From: Anaerolineae bacterium
GTDB lineage: Bacteria > Chloroflexota > Anaerolineae > B4-G1 > DUEL01
NCBI GenBank assembly: GCA_041082215.1
Contig: JBDOIF010000118.1
Location: forward strand, 1-64,000
Length of the DNA: 64,000 nucleotides
Direction: 5' to 3'
The position numbers and the translations under genes were made by a program. A model generated the notes under the pieces. That model saw only the letters and a list, made by a program, of their open reading frames with translations. It did no database searches and was not told where the DNA came from. Each line of letters opens with the position of its first letter. The first letter of the stretch is position 1. This document shows positions 27,400-39,130 of this stretch, one piece after another.

Positions 27400-28263
27400 T
27401 TACGCACCTCCCTCTTTGAGCACCCCTTCGAGACGACACTCGTGCTCCCACCGTTCGACGGCCAGTCGTTCCTCCTCCCGGTAGAACTGCTGGCGGGCCA
27501 GGAGGTTATCCCAATCCACCTTATGGCCGTCGAACTCCGGGCCATCCACACAGACAAACTGGGCTCCCTCCTCCAGGAGCACGCGGCAGCCGCCGCACAT
27601 GCCGGTGCCGTCAATCATAATCGTGTTCAGGCTGACGATGGTCGGCACCCTGTACGGCTTGGTGGTCAGTGAGACAAACTTCATCATAATGGCCGGGCCA
27701 ATCGCCCAGACGCGGGCGATCTTCCCGGCCCGTTCCTCCAGCAGCTCCTTCAGCGGCTCGGTGACCAGCGCCTTGCGTCCATAGGAACCGTCGTCGGTGC
27801 AGACGATCAGCTCGTCGGAGACCGCCCGCATCCTATCCTCCCAGAAGAGAAGCCCCCGGGTGCGGGCGCCGATAATGGAGATGACGTGGTTCCCCGCCTG
27901 CTTGAGCGCGCGGGCGATGGGGAAGATGGGGGCAATGCCCACCCCGCCCCCCACACAGACCACCGTGCCGTAGTTCTCGATCTCCGTCGGGTGGCCCAGG
28001 GGGCCGACAAAGGTGGCCAGTTCATCCCCAGGCTCCAGGGTTCCCAACTGCATCGTGGTCTTCCCCACCTCCTGGAAGATGAGCGTGACCGTCCCCGCTT
28101 CCCGGTCGTAGTCGGCGATGGTGAGGGGGATCCGCTCACCATGCTCATCAATGCGCAGGATGATGAACTGCCCTGCCTGCGCCTTCTGGGCAACCTGCGG
28201 GGCTTTCACCACCAACAATTTGGTGACATCGCTGAAGACCTGTTTTTCCAGAATTGGATACAC
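27400..28263 (-). CDS. nfnA: NfnA/SudB-like FAD/[2Fe-2S] small subunit
   Basis: GERIPLTIAD, GGGVG, DGTGMCGGCR...CVDGPEF. Confidence 0.88.
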   Translation of the reverse strand: MYPILEKQVFSDVTKLLVVKAPQVAQKAQAGQFIILRIDEHGERIPLTIADYDREAGTVTLIFQEVGKTTMQLGTLEPGDELATFVGPLGHPTEIENYGTVVCVGGGVGIAPIFPIARALKQAGNHVISIIGARTRGLLFWEDRMRAVSDELIVCTDDGSYGRKALVTEPLKELLEERAGKIARVWAIGPAIMMKFVSLTTKPYRVPTIVSLNTIMIDGTGMCGGCRVLLEEGAQFVCVDGPEFDGHKVDWDNLLARQQFYREEERLAVERWEHECRLEGVLKEGGA

Positions 28264-28402
28264 CGCCGACCTCCTTCGTGCGTTTACAGGGCAAAACCAC
28301 CCCTGGAAGGATAGTGCAAAACCGCGTCCCCGTCAAGTGACACCCTTCCCCAGAGAAAATGACATCCTGCCAGCCCCCCCTATCTCTGCGTTCCCCCAAC
28401 CC

Positions 28403-30184
28403 TCACGGCTCCGGCGGCTGGTAACCGGGACCGTAGTGGTAGGCGGCGCGGCGGGGAGCGTAGCGGCTCACGAAGATGTTATGATAGAGCAGCCTTCCCT
28501 CCGCATTGTAGACCCACCGCTCCACCGTGGCGGTGAGGCCGTTCTGGGCCGCCTGCCACTCGACCACCGTTCCCGGCGAGAGGCTCTCGTCCAGCTGATA
28601 GATCGGCGGCCCCGGCGTCGTCTCATCGGTGACCACCGGCCCCTCCACCTCCACTCGCCGGCCATCGTCGGTGGAGTAGAAGCGGAAGATCAACCGATGG
28701 GTGGCCTCCTCGATCTCCGTCTCGATCAGCAGCGCGGTCTCCCGGTCATTGGTGAACTTGAAATCCACAAGCGGGGAGTAGACAGTGGCGTCGAACCCCG
28801 GACCGTAGCCCCGCAGCTCGTAGTAGCCCACCCGGTGGTGGTGGAACCATCGCTCGACGATGGGGTAGCCCCCCCAGAGAGCGGCGCGGAAGGCAGTGGT
28901 GGAGACCTGACAGATGCCCCCCCCCACCTCGACGGCCAACTGCTCTCCGGCGGTGATGTAGGCCTCGTCGTACCCCGCCTCGGCGCTCACCTCCCCAAGG
29001 TAATGGTTGAAGGAGAAGGTTTCCCCCGGCCCGATGACCAATCCGTCGAACTTGCTCGCTGCCAGCCGGATATTGTGATCCCGCCCGGAAGGAGAGCCGA
29101 TAAAGTAGGAATCCCCCTCCGCCACCAGCTCACGGATCCCCAGCTCCTCGGCGGTGGCGGTGTCGGGGTAGCGGGGAGGGACCGACCGCAGGACCAGCGG
29201 GGCGGCATGGTGGCCCGCCTCCACCGCCGCCAGGATGTTCTGGGTGCTGGCCTCCACATCCAGCGCCCGCCCTTCCACCGACGAGGCAATGGGTACAAGC
29301 TTCCCCGTCGCTTCGTCGAAATGAAAGCGGGCATCCACCGGTTCGACAGCAAGTTCAGGGGCCACACGTTCCTGCAGGTAGGCCCGCAGCCGCTCTACGT
29401 CGAGCGTGACGTGGAGCTCCTCTCCGTTGACAAAACTGGAGAGCATCCCCGCCAGCTCTTCCGGAGATAGATACCACGGCCCGGGGTCTCCCTCCCGCGG
29501 GTTCGGCAGCACCAGCGTCAGCGGTCCGGCCAGGATGGAGGCGGCCTGTGCCCGGGCCGATTCCGCGTCCGCCACCTGCGGGGGAAGCTCCTGCACCACC
29601 AGCTCCACCCCACCCTGCCCCAGTCCGGGCAGCGCCTCCCGCACCGCCGCCAGCGTCGCCTCCATATCCAGCCGCTGGCCCGGACGGGCGGGGGAGGCCA
29701 CAGGGGTCAGTCCTTCGAAAGTGAGGGTGGCATCCACCGGCGGCCGGTCTATCTCCTCTGCCAGCGTCATCAGGTATAGACGGGCCGTCGCCTCGTCAAA
29801 GGAAAGGATAGGGGAAAGGGTCCGCCCTGCCAGCAGGAGCCAGAGGTGGGCCAGCAACCCCTCCCCTGGCCCCCGACCGACGCGGAAGGCGGCCCGGGCG
29901 GTTGCCTCTGCCGCCAGCCGCACCCCCAGGTCCACAGGGCGGACGCCCCAGGAACGGCCCGGCCCGCGGAGGATGAAGACCGGTTGCCTCAGCATGGCAA
30001 AATGCTCCTCCAGCGCCGCTGTCGCCTTAGCCAGCCGCATCCCACCGACCGGCAGGTCCCATACCCGCACCCCCGGGTAGATGCGGTCGGCACACCAGGC
30101 CTCGTAGCCCTGCGCCATCGCCAGGAGGCCCAGGAGGAAAAGGGGTGCTACCAGCAGGACCACCAGCCGTCGCTCACCCCGCAT
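28403..30184 (-). CDS. VanW family protein with peptidoglycan-binding-4 domains
   Basis: FSFN, GGGICQVSTT, DATVY, DFKFTN; N-terminal TM. Confidence 0.88.
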   Translation of the reverse strand: MRGERRLVVLLVAPLFLLGLLAMAQGYEAWCADRIYPGVRVWDLPVGGMRLAKATAALEEHFAMLRQPVFILRGPGRSWGVRPVDLGVRLAAEATARAAFRVGRGPGEGLLAHLWLLLAGRTLSPILSFDEATARLYLMTLAEEIDRPPVDATLTFEGLTPVASPARPGQRLDMEATLAAVREALPGLGQGGVELVVQELPPQVADAESARAQAASILAGPLTLVLPNPREGDPGPWYLSPEELAGMLSSFVNGEELHVTLDVERLRAYLQERVAPELAVEPVDARFHFDEATGKLVPIASSVEGRALDVEASTQNILAAVEAGHHAAPLVLRSVPPRYPDTATAEELGIRELVAEGDSYFIGSPSGRDHNIRLAASKFDGLVIGPGETFSFNHYLGEVSAEAGYDEAYITAGEQLAVEVGGGICQVSTTAFRAALWGGYPIVERWFHHHRVGYYELRGYGPGFDATVYSPLVDFKFTNDRETALLIETEIEEATHRLIFRFYSTDDGRRVEVEGPVVTDETTPGPPIYQLDESLSPGTVVEWQAAQNGLTATVERWVYNAEGRLLYHNIFVSRYAPRRAAYHYGPGYQPPEP

Positions 30185-30208
30185 CACCGCGCCCCCGCGT
30201 CTCCGCGT

Positions 30209-32707
30209 CTATTCCCCTCCCCCCTCATAAGCAGGAAGGGTAAGCTGCCCACCTTCCTCCGTCTCAACCTCCCAGACCGGCACCCAGGCCAGCCCGCAGA
30301 AATCAACCACCACATCCTGGCGGCGAGGGGCCACCTCCACCTGCTCGATCTCCTCCAGAACCGCCGCCCAGCGTTCGTTGATCGCCTCGACCTGCTCCTC
30401 CCACCGGGCTGCCAGCTCCTTCAATTGCTCCTCCAGGTCGGCGATCGCCGCTTCCGATTCCTTCACCTCTGCCTCTGCCTGCTGGGTGAGCCGCCGTTTA
30501 CGGCTGGCAGTGGAGAGCATCCGGGACGAACGGCGGCCGGTGAGCAGTCCGAGGGCCGATTCACCCACGCTGAGCAGCTCCTCCCTCTTGCGGGCCTCCA
30601 GCTCCGCCTGGTCCGCCGCTAGCTCCCGCTTCTCCCGTCGGAGCTTCTCCTGGAGCTGTTCCATTTTCTTCTCAATGGCAGCGCGGGCCCCAGCCGCCTC
30701 CGCATCCCGGCGGGCGCGGGCCTCCTGCTCGCACCGCACCCGGAAATCCCGCCGCGTCTCCCCTGCCTTCCCGTACAGCTTCAGGGCAGGGCTGTACCAG
30801 ACAGAGAGACGGACGGCGCGATAGAGGTACTCGGAGAAGGACTTGCTCCACGGGGCAAAATGGGCCGGCCTGGAAAGATGGGGAGGTGGAGGCAGGTAGA
30901 CCCCTTCCCCCGTCGGCCGGTTGGAGAGGGCGCTGGCGGAAAGGGAGGCCTCTCCCTGGCCCCAGTCCACCGGCGCCGGGGGCGGTGGGGGCTCCAGCAG
31001 TCGGGCCACGTGCTCCTCATGCCGCACCCCCTTCGGCTCATCGGTCAGATAGACGGTCCCCATCGCCAGGAGCCGGGGATGATAGACCAGCCGGTGGGAC
31101 TTAACCCGTATCTCCCTTCCTGTGCGTTCTTCATGCTGCCGGATTGCCCATTCGAAGGTGCGGGCGGCGGGGAGATAGACCTGGGGGATGGCATCGGAAA
31201 GGGACGGTGGCCCTTTCAGCTCTTCGGCCCGGATGGGAGCTGGCGCGGCGGCCTCCGGGGCGGGCGAAGGGGCAGCCTTTGGCCCGGCCGCCTGGCCCTC
31301 GGCCACGAGGCTCCGGATCTGGGCCCGCGTCAGGGGGCCGCGCAGGTAGGACATAGCCCAGCGGGTGTGGAAAAAGAGCGGCGCATCGGCGCGGACGTCC
31401 TGGAGGAGGAAGACGCGGGGTTTGAGGCCCCCGATCGCCCGATCCATATTCTTGCGGTCGAAGCCAGCGCCTGCCGCAGCCGCCGCTCCCTCCAGTCCCT
31501 CCAGCACCCGCTCCTTATCCCGCTCCGTCCGCAGCGTGCCGATGGCCCAGGTCCCGGCGTTGGTCAGCCCCTTGTAGTCCACATCAACCGGGTTCTGCGT
31601 GGCGAGGATCACCCCCAGCCCGGCCGCCCGTCCCTGCTTGATGAGGGCCATCAGCGGCTCCTTGGTGGGCGGATTGGCCGGATGGGGCGGGAAGAAGCCG
31701 AAGACCTCGTCGAAGTAGAGGATCACCCGCAGGTCGGACGTGCCGCTCTGGGCAGCCATCCAGTCGCGGACGGCTTCGAGGAGCAGGGTGATGAAGAAGG
31801 CCCGCTGGGCATCGTTCAGGTGGGAAAGATAGAAGATGCTGGCGCGGGGGCGGCCGTCGGGGGTGCGGAGGAGCTCCCCCACCTCCAGGGGGGTTCCCTC
31901 CCGCCAGGTCTCGAAGCCCGGCGAGGCGAAAATGTTATTGAGGGCCAGAGCCAGGGCGCGGCGGTCCTTCTGGGTGATGAAGCTCTCCAGGTCGAAGACG
32001 CCGATCTGCCGGATGGGCGGGTCCTGGATGAGCCGGATCAGCGTCGGCAGGTCCAGGGATTGGCCGGCCCGCCAGACATGCTCGACAAGGTGGGAAAGGA
32101 AAACGTGCTCAGCGCTCTGGAGGGGGTCGGTCTCCCGGCCTGCCAGCCCCAGGAGGGCGGTCACCAGCCCTTCGATCCGCTCTCGCAGCACCTCCCCGTA
32201 AGTTTCCCAGTCCAGGCCCGGATTCTTGAAACGATGGAGGACGTTCACAGGGACTCCGGCGTCGGAGCCCGGGGTGAAGAGGGTCATCTCGGCCGACTGC
32301 CGGAGCCGGGCGATCCGTTCCGGGCCGATGCCGGAGTCGGCCAGCCCCTTTCGCCAGAGGCTGGCCGCCTTCTCCGCTGCTTCCTGGACAGAGAGCCCCT
32401 CCCTTGCGGCCTGGTCAGCATCCACCCACGGGGCGAAGTCCTCGGGGGCCAGGCGGGGGAAGGTGAGAAGGAGATTCGTCAAATCCCCTTTGGGGTCCAC
32501 TGCCAGGACAGGGATCCCCTGAAGCAACGCCTCTTCCAGGACAATCAGCCCCAGGCCGGTCTTGCCGGAGCCGGTCATCCCCAGGAGAACAGCGTGGGTG
32601 GTGAGATGACGGACGGGGTAAAAGACGGGCCGGTCGGTAACGGAGGCTGTCTTCAGGTCGAACTCCCGGCCCAGGTAGAACTTGCCCTGCTGGTCTATGT
32701 CGCTCAT
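30209..32707 (-). CDS. HerA/FtsK-like (DUF87-type) ATPase with C-terminal coiled coil
   Basis: HAVLLGMTGSGKT Walker A, DPKGD, YFDEVFG Walker B, ATQNP. Confidence 0.85.
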   Translation of the reverse strand: MSDIDQQGKFYLGREFDLKTASVTDRPVFYPVRHLTTHAVLLGMTGSGKTGLGLIVLEEALLQGIPVLAVDPKGDLTNLLLTFPRLAPEDFAPWVDADQAAREGLSVQEAAEKAASLWRKGLADSGIGPERIARLRQSAEMTLFTPGSDAGVPVNVLHRFKNPGLDWETYGEVLRERIEGLVTALLGLAGRETDPLQSAEHVFLSHLVEHVWRAGQSLDLPTLIRLIQDPPIRQIGVFDLESFITQKDRRALALALNNIFASPGFETWREGTPLEVGELLRTPDGRPRASIFYLSHLNDAQRAFFITLLLEAVRDWMAAQSGTSDLRVILYFDEVFGFFPPHPANPPTKEPLMALIKQGRAAGLGVILATQNPVDVDYKGLTNAGTWAIGTLRTERDKERVLEGLEGAAAAAGAGFDRKNMDRAIGGLKPRVFLLQDVRADAPLFFHTRWAMSYLRGPLTRAQIRSLVAEGQAAGPKAAPSPAPEAAAPAPIRAEELKGPPSLSDAIPQVYLPAARTFEWAIRQHEERTGREIRVKSHRLVYHPRLLAMGTVYLTDEPKGVRHEEHVARLLEPPPPPAPVDWGQGEASLSASALSNRPTGEGVYLPPPPHLSRPAHFAPWSKSFSEYLYRAVRLSVWYSPALKLYGKAGETRRDFRVRCEQEARARRDAEAAGARAAIEKKMEQLQEKLRREKRELAADQAELEARKREELLSVGESALGLLTGRRSSRMLSTASRKRRLTQQAEAEVKESEAAIADLEEQLKELAARWEEQVEAINERWAAVLEEIEQVEVAPRRQDVVVDFCGLAWVPVWEVETEEGGQLTLPAYEGGGE

Positions 32708-32904
32708 TGTACCCTCCTTTGAGACTCAGGGAACGCGGGGGAGAGGAACGGAAAGTCCTGGAGTCTCCGAACCCGAAAGCAAACCGATTTGACGCGTTTT
32801 GTCTTTGATTGTACACGGAGGAGGGAGAAGGCGCAAGCAAAGGATTCCGGCCTTGCCAGGAGCGCCCCTCCCGGTTATAATGGCTCCGACGGAGCGATGG
32901 AGAG

Positions 32905-34314
32905 ATGAGATTCGGTTGGGTATGGGAGATCGGTCGGGTACTTGGCACCATAACTCCCCTGTTCCACTTTATCCACGGCCTGGTTTTCCTTATCCTGGGC
33001 CTTGTCCTCCTCTTCACCCATCCCAGAGCCCAGCGACTGGAGCTTGCCCGCCGCCTCCCCCTCCTGGCTGTTTTTGCCTTCTGTGAGGCCACGGCGGCCT
33101 GGGAGCGCGCTCTGGCCCCTGCGCTCTCGATGGGGAGCCTCCTGCCCCCCCTGCTCCGCACCGCCCTTCTGGGCACAGGCTATGGGGCCTTGCTGGCCTT
33201 TGGCCTTCTGGCCCGCCTTCCGCCCGGCCGGCGGGCCCGGTTCCGGACGGGCCTGGCCCCCGCTCTGGTGATCGCCTGGCTGACCGTCCTCCTCATCCTC
33301 ACACTGGAGGGCATGCCAGCGGATGAGATCGCTTTCGCGGGAGAGATCGCCATCCGCTGCGGTCTGGCGCTCCCGGGCGGCATCCTGGCCCTGCTGAGCA
33401 TGCGCCACCAGAGCTACCGGGGCATCGAGCTACAGGTGCAGAACGCCATCAGAGGCCCCCGCCGCGTCGCCGGAGTCGGTCTGGGCCTCTTCGGCCTCCT
33501 GGCCGGTCTGCTCCTCCCTTCCCTGCTCATCACAGAAAGCATTGGCCTCATCCCACTCCCACCCCGGCTCGTCCAGGTCACGACCTCCACCCTCATCAGC
33601 CTCTGTGGGGTCAGCATCACCTACGGCCTGATGCGGACGCTGAGCCTCATCCAGCGGGAAGTGGAGCGCTGGATCGAAGGGGTGGAGCAGAGCCTGGCCC
33701 TGGCAGCCGAGCGGGAACGGATCGGGCGGGAGCTTCACGACGGCATCATCCAGTCCATTTACGCCGCCGGATTGATGCTGGAGGGGGTCCGGCAGACCAT
33801 TGAGGAGGATCCCCCAGCGGCCCGGGTGCAGCTCTCCCGCGCCATGGTCAGCCTGAACCAGACCATACAGGACATCCGTCGCTACATCTTTGACCTGCGG
33901 GGCGGGGTGCCGGAGGCCGATCTGGTCAGCGGGCTGGAGGAGCTGCTGCGGGACTTCCGGGTCAACACGCTGCTGGAGACAAAGCTGATTGTTGAAGGAG
34001 AGGACGCCCGCCCGCTGGGAGTGGAGCGGCGGCGGCATATTTTCCAGATCGCGCGCGAGGCGCTGAGCAACGTCGCCCGCCACGCCCAGGCCCGACGGGT
34101 GGAGGTCCGGCTCCTCTACGGGCCGGACACCCTCCAGCTACAGATCGCCGACGACGGGGTTGGGCTGACTGCCATTCCTACGACCAGCGGTCAGGGTCTG
34201 CGCAACATCCGGGAGCGAGCCCGCCTGCTGGAGGGGACGCTGGACATAGATAGCGCCCCCGGTCAGGGGGTCACGCTGACCCTCACCGTCCCTTATCTCA
34301 AGGGGGAGGTATGA
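32905..34314 (+). CDS. Membrane sensor histidine kinase (HisKA_3)
   Basis: [33 protein letters not shown]. Confidence 0.9.
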   Translation: MRFGWVWEIGRVLGTITPLFHFIHGLVFLILGLVLLFTHPRAQRLELARRLPLLAVFAFCEATAAWERALAPALSMGSLLPPLLRTALLGTGYGALLAFGLLARLPPGRRARFRTGLAPALVIAWLTVLLILTLEGMPADEIAFAGEIAIRCGLALPGGILALLSMRHQSYRGIELQVQNAIRGPRRVAGVGLGLFGLLAGLLLPSLLITESIGLIPLPPRLVQVTTSTLISLCGVSITYGLMRTLSLIQREVERWIEGVEQSLALAAERERIGRELHDGIIQSIYAAGLMLEGVRQTIEEDPPAARVQLSRAMVSLNQTIQDIRRYIFDLRGGVPEADLVSGLEELLRDFRVNTLLETKLIVEGEDARPLGVERRRHIFQIAREALSNVARHAQARRVEVRLLYGPDTLQLQIADDGVGLTAIPTTSGQGLRNIRERARLLEGTLDIDSAPGQGVTLTLTVPYLKGEV

Positions 34315-34976
34315 CGCTGCGAATCCTGATTGTGGACGACCACGAGGTGGTGCGGCTGGGGCTGCGCGCCCTCCTGGAGCGCCATCCAGGGTTCACCGTG
34401 GTGGACGAGGCCGGCACTGCCCGCGAGGCCCTGCAGAAAGCCCTCCTCCACCATCCGGACGTCGTGGTAATGGACATCCGCCTGCCCGGCCGGAGCGGGA
34501 TCGAGGCTTGCCAGGATATTATGGAAAAGCTGCCGGACACGAAGGTGATCATGCTGACCTCCTACGCCGAGGACGAGCTGCTCTTCGATGCCATCTCCGC
34601 TGGGGCGTGCGGCTACGTCCTCAAGCAGATCGGCTCCGACGACCTGATCCGGGCCATCGAGACAGTGGGGCGCGGAGAGGCGCTGCTCGATCCGGCGGTG
34701 ACCCAGCGGGTGTTCGAGCGGGTACGGGAGGCAGCTCGCCAGGAGAGCGCTACCGCCTTCGCCAGCCTCACCGAACAGGAGCTGAAAGTGCTGGCCCAGG
34801 TCTCAGAAGGAAAGACCAACCGGGAGATCGCCGAGGCCCTCTACCTGGGCGAGGGGACAGTCCGCAACTACGTCAGCAGCATCCTGAGCAAACTGGGCCT
34901 CACCAACCGGGCCGAGGCCGCCGCCTACGCCGTCCAGCACAACCTGAAAGAGTACCTGCGCTCCACCTATGGGTGA
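34311..34976 (+). CDS. NarL/LuxR family response regulator
   Basis: IVDDH, VMDIRLP, Lux[12 protein letters not shown]...[13 protein letters not shown]. Confidence 0.95.
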   Translation: MTLRILIVDDHEVVRLGLRALLERHPGFTVVDEAGTAREALQKALLHHPDVVVMDIRLPGRSGIEACQDIMEKLPDTKVIMLTSYAEDELLFDAISAGACGYVLKQIGSDDLIRAIETVGRGEALLDPAVTQRVFERVREAARQESATAFASLTEQELKVLAQVSEGKTNREIAEALYLGEGTVRNYVSSILSKLGLTNRAEAAAYAVQHNLKEYLRSTYG

Positions 34977-34991
34977 AAGAACAGGGAACCC

Positions 34992-37187
34992 ATGGATCTG
35001 TTGAGAGAGCTGAACCCCCAGCAGAAAGCCGCCGTCACCGCACCGGACGGCCCGGTACTGGTGCTGGCCGGCCCCGGATCGGGTAAGACCCGCGTCCTTA
35101 CCCACCGGGTGGCCTGGCTGGTCCTGGAACGGTCCGTCCCTCCTCAGCGCGTGATGGCGGTCACCTTTACCAACAAAGCGGCCCGTGAGATGTGGGAGCG
35201 GCTGGAGGGAGGGGGAGGGCGGGAGCCGCTCCTGGGCCACGCCCGCACAGCCGGGCTTACCCTGGGCACCTTCCACGCCACCTGCGCCCGCATCCTCCGC
35301 CGGGACGGGGAGGCTATCGGCATCCCCCGCGATTACGTTATCTTCGACGCTGACGATCAGATCGCCCTCATCCGACAGGTCCTCCAGGAACTGAACATCA
35401 ACGACAAGCAGTACAGCCCCCCCTCGGTCCACGGCGCGATCTCCCGGGCCAAGAACGAGCTGATCCCGCCGGAGGCATACCAGCCTGGCTCCTACTTCGG
35501 CGAGATCGTCCGCCGCGTATATGAGCAGTACCAGCGGCGACTGCGGGAGAACGGCGGCCTGGACTTCGACGACCTGCTGACGGAGACGGTCCGCCTCTTT
35601 CGGGAATGTCCTCAGATCGCTGCCCGCTATCAGGAGCGGTACCTCCACGTCCTGGTGGACGAGTTTCAGGACACCAACATGGCTCAGTACATCCTCCTGC
35701 GCCACCTCACCGCCCGCCACCGCAACCTGTTCGTCGTCGCCGACGAGGACCAATCCATCTACCGCTGGCGCGGAGCGGACTACCGCAATATCGCCCGCCT
35801 GCGGGAGGACTACCCCGACCTGAGGACCTACCTCCTGGAGCAGAACTACCGCTCCACCCAGACCATCCTGGACGCAGCCCATTCGGTCATCCGCCACAAC
35901 CCCGGCCGGACCGAGAAGCGGCTGTTCACCCACCGGGGGAAAGGGCTGAAGGTGGTGGTCCACGAGGCATATGACCAGGAGGACGAGGCCCAGTTCGTCC
36001 TGGAGACCATCGTCGAGCTGGTGGCCCGGGGGGAGGCCCGCCCCGGCGACTGCGCGGTGATGTATCGGACCAATGCTCAGTCCCGCGCTCTGGAGGATGC
36101 CTTCATCCGCGCTGGCCTCCCCTACCGGCTGGTGGGGGCCACCCGGTTCTACGCCCGAAGGGAGATCAAGGACCTGATCGGCTTCCTGCGGCTCATCCAC
36201 AACCCTGCCGACAACGCCAGCCTGGCCCGGGTGCTCAACGTCCCACCCCGTGGCATCGGCAGGCAGACGCTCCTGGCACTGGAGAAGGCCGCCCGTGACC
36301 ACAACCTCCCCCTCTGGTGGGTGGTGGAAGCGGTCGCCACCGGCCAGGAGAAAGCCCCCCCGCTGGAAGGCCGCGCCCGCGCCGCGGTGACCTCCTTCTA
36401 CCGGATGGTGCGGGGCTGGATCGAGGCACGGGAGCAGACGACGGTCCTCCAGTTGATGGACCGGGTGCTCGCCGATACCCGGTACGAAGCCTACCTGCGC
36501 GATGGGACCGAGGAGGGGGAGGACCGGTGGGATAACGTCCAGGAGCTGCGGTCGGTCGCTGCGGAATACGCCCTCCCCACCGCTCCATCGGACCCGGACA
36601 GCACCGGTACGCTGACCGACTTCCTGGCCGACGTCGCCCTCGTCTCCGACGTGGACAACCTGGCCGAGGGGGTAGACGCCCCCACTCTGCTCACCCTCCA
36701 CAGCGCCAAAGGGCTGGAGTTCCCGGTCGTCTTCATCACCGGGCTGGAGGAGGGGCTACTCCCCCACAGCCGTTCCCTGGAGGACCCGGAAGCGCTGGCG
36801 GAGGAGCGACGGCTGATGTACGTGGGGATGACGCGGGCCAGGGACAGGCTCTACCTCCTTCACGCCTTCCGCCGCAGCCACTATGGCGGCTACGAACCCA
36901 ACCTGCCCAGCCGCTTCCTGGAAGAGATCCCCGGCCCGCTGATCGAGAACCTGCGCGTCGGGAAGGGAAGGCAGGAAAGGGCAACGATGTGGACCTCCAC
37001 CTGGGAAGAGCCGGTGCGGACTGCGGAGACCCGCTTTCGCACGGGCGACCGGGTCGTCCACCGCTTCTTCGGCGAGGGCACGGTGCTGGAAAGCCGGGCC
37101 GATGGGAACGACGAGCAGGTGACGGTGGTGTTTGAGACCGCCGGGCTGAAGCGGATTATGGGCAGCTATCTCACCCCTGCTAAGTAA
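34992..37187 (+). CDS. pcrA: ATP-dependent DNA helicase PcrA/UvrD
   Basis: AGPGSGKT, VDEFQD, QSIYRWRGA, NYRS, HSAKGLEF, YVGMTRA, C-terminal Tudor-like domain. Confidence 0.95.
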   Translation: MDLLRELNPQQKAAVTAPDGPVLVLAGPGSGKTRVLTHRVAWLVLERSVPPQRVMAVTFTNKAAREMWERLEGGGGREPLLGHARTAGLTLGTFHATCARILRRDGEAIGIPRDYVIFDADDQIALIRQVLQELNINDKQYSPPSVHGAISRAKNELIPPEAYQPGSYFGEIVRRVYEQYQRRLRENGGLDFDDLLTETVRLFRECPQIAARYQERYLHVLVDEFQDTNMAQYILLRHLTARHRNLFVVADEDQSIYRWRGADYRNIARLREDYPDLRTYLLEQNYRSTQTILDAAHSVIRHNPGRTEKRLFTHRGKGLKVVVHEAYDQEDEAQFVLETIVELVARGEARPGDCAVMYRTNAQSRALEDAFIRAGLPYRLVGATRFYARREIKDLIGFLRLIHNPADNASLARVLNVPPRGIGRQTLLALEKAARDHNLPLWWVVEAVATGQEKAPPLEGRARAAVTSFYRMVRGWIEAREQTTVLQLMDRVLADTRYEAYLRDGTEEGEDRWDNVQELRSVAAEYALPTAPSDPDSTGTLTDFLADVALVSDVDNLAEGVDAPTLLTLHSAKGLEFPVVFITGLEEGLLPHSRSLEDPEALAEERRLMYVGMTRARDRLYLLHAFRRSHYGGYEPNLPSRFLEEIPGPLIENLRVGKGRQERATMWTSTWEEPVRTAETRFRTGDRVVHRFFGEGTVLESRADGNDEQVTVVFETAGLKRIMGSYLTPAK

Positions 37188-37198
37188 CGGAAGTTTGG

Positions 37199-37227
37199 TT
37201 GACAAACCCTGCTCCCTGTGTTACCAT
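37199..37227 (+). promoter_or_regulatory. Sigma70-like promoter upstream of mtnA
   Basis: TTGACA-17 bp-TACCAT with extended TG. Confidence 0.6.
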
Positions 37228-37253
37228 ACTCCCCGCCGGGCGGCAGGGGCTGC

Positions 37254-37283
37254 ACGCTCTCCCTGGTGAGAGCGTTCTTTTTT
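37254..37283 (+). terminator. Intrinsic terminator-like hairpin just upstream of mtnA
   Basis: ACGCTCTC-CCTGGT-GAGAGCGT followed by TCTTTTTT. Confidence 0.7.
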
Positions 37284-37299
37284 GGGAGATAGGGAGTCC

Positions 37300-38347
<1,048 letters not shown>

Positions 38348-38358
<11 letters not shown>

Positions 38359-39130
38359 GCGCATCCCTGTCGTCCTGCTCTGCGGGGGAATGGGCATCCG
38401 CATGGGAGACGACCGCCCCAAGCCGCTGGTGGATGTCGGCGGCCGGCCCATCCTCTGGCACGTGATGAAGATTTACGCTGCCCAGGGCTTCACCGACTTC
38501 GTCCTCGCCCTGGGCTACCGGGGAGAGGACATCAAGCGGTACTTCCTGGAGTACGACGCGCTGAGCCGGGATTTCACCCTCACGCTGGGGACGAACCCCA
38601 CCATCGAGTATCACGATCCCAGCCCGGAGGAGGGCTGGCGGATCACTTTCGCCGATACCGGCCTGCATGCCCAGACCGGGGCCCGCATCCGCAAGGCCCT
38701 CCGTTATGTGCAGGGGCGGACCTTCTTTGCCAACTACGGAGACGGCGTGGCCGACATTGACCTCCATGCGCTCCTGGCCTTCCACCGCCGAATGGGGCGC
38801 ATCGCCACCGTCACCGGCGCCCGTTCCTTCTCCCGCTTCGGTGTGCTGAAGACAGACGGACAGGGGCTGGTCATCGGCTTCGAGGAGAAGCCGCTGGTGG
38901 ATGCGCTCATCAACGGCGGCTTCTTCGTCTTCGAGCGGGAGGTGCTGGATTATCTGGGGGAGGGGGATGATGTCGTGCTGGAGAGGGAGCCCCTCCAGCG
39001 GCTGGCCGCTGATGGACAACTGGCCGTCTATGAGCACCGCGGCTTCTGGCGGGCAATGGATACATTTAAGGATGCGCAGGAGATGAACGCCATCTGGTAT
39101 TCAAGCGCACCCTGGAAAATATGGGAGTAA
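38348..39130 (+). CDS. rfbF: Glucose-1-phosphate cytidylyltransferase
   Basis: [39 protein letters not shown]. Confidence 0.88.

Noticed and set aside
28403..30184. Vancomycin resistance locus
   Set aside because: VanW domains are widespread; no vanHAX or vanRS present
32740..32815. Riboswitch (e.g. c-di-GMP) in the ATPase leader, and similarly at 5420-5470
   Set aside because: Could not build the consensus helices or motifs by eye
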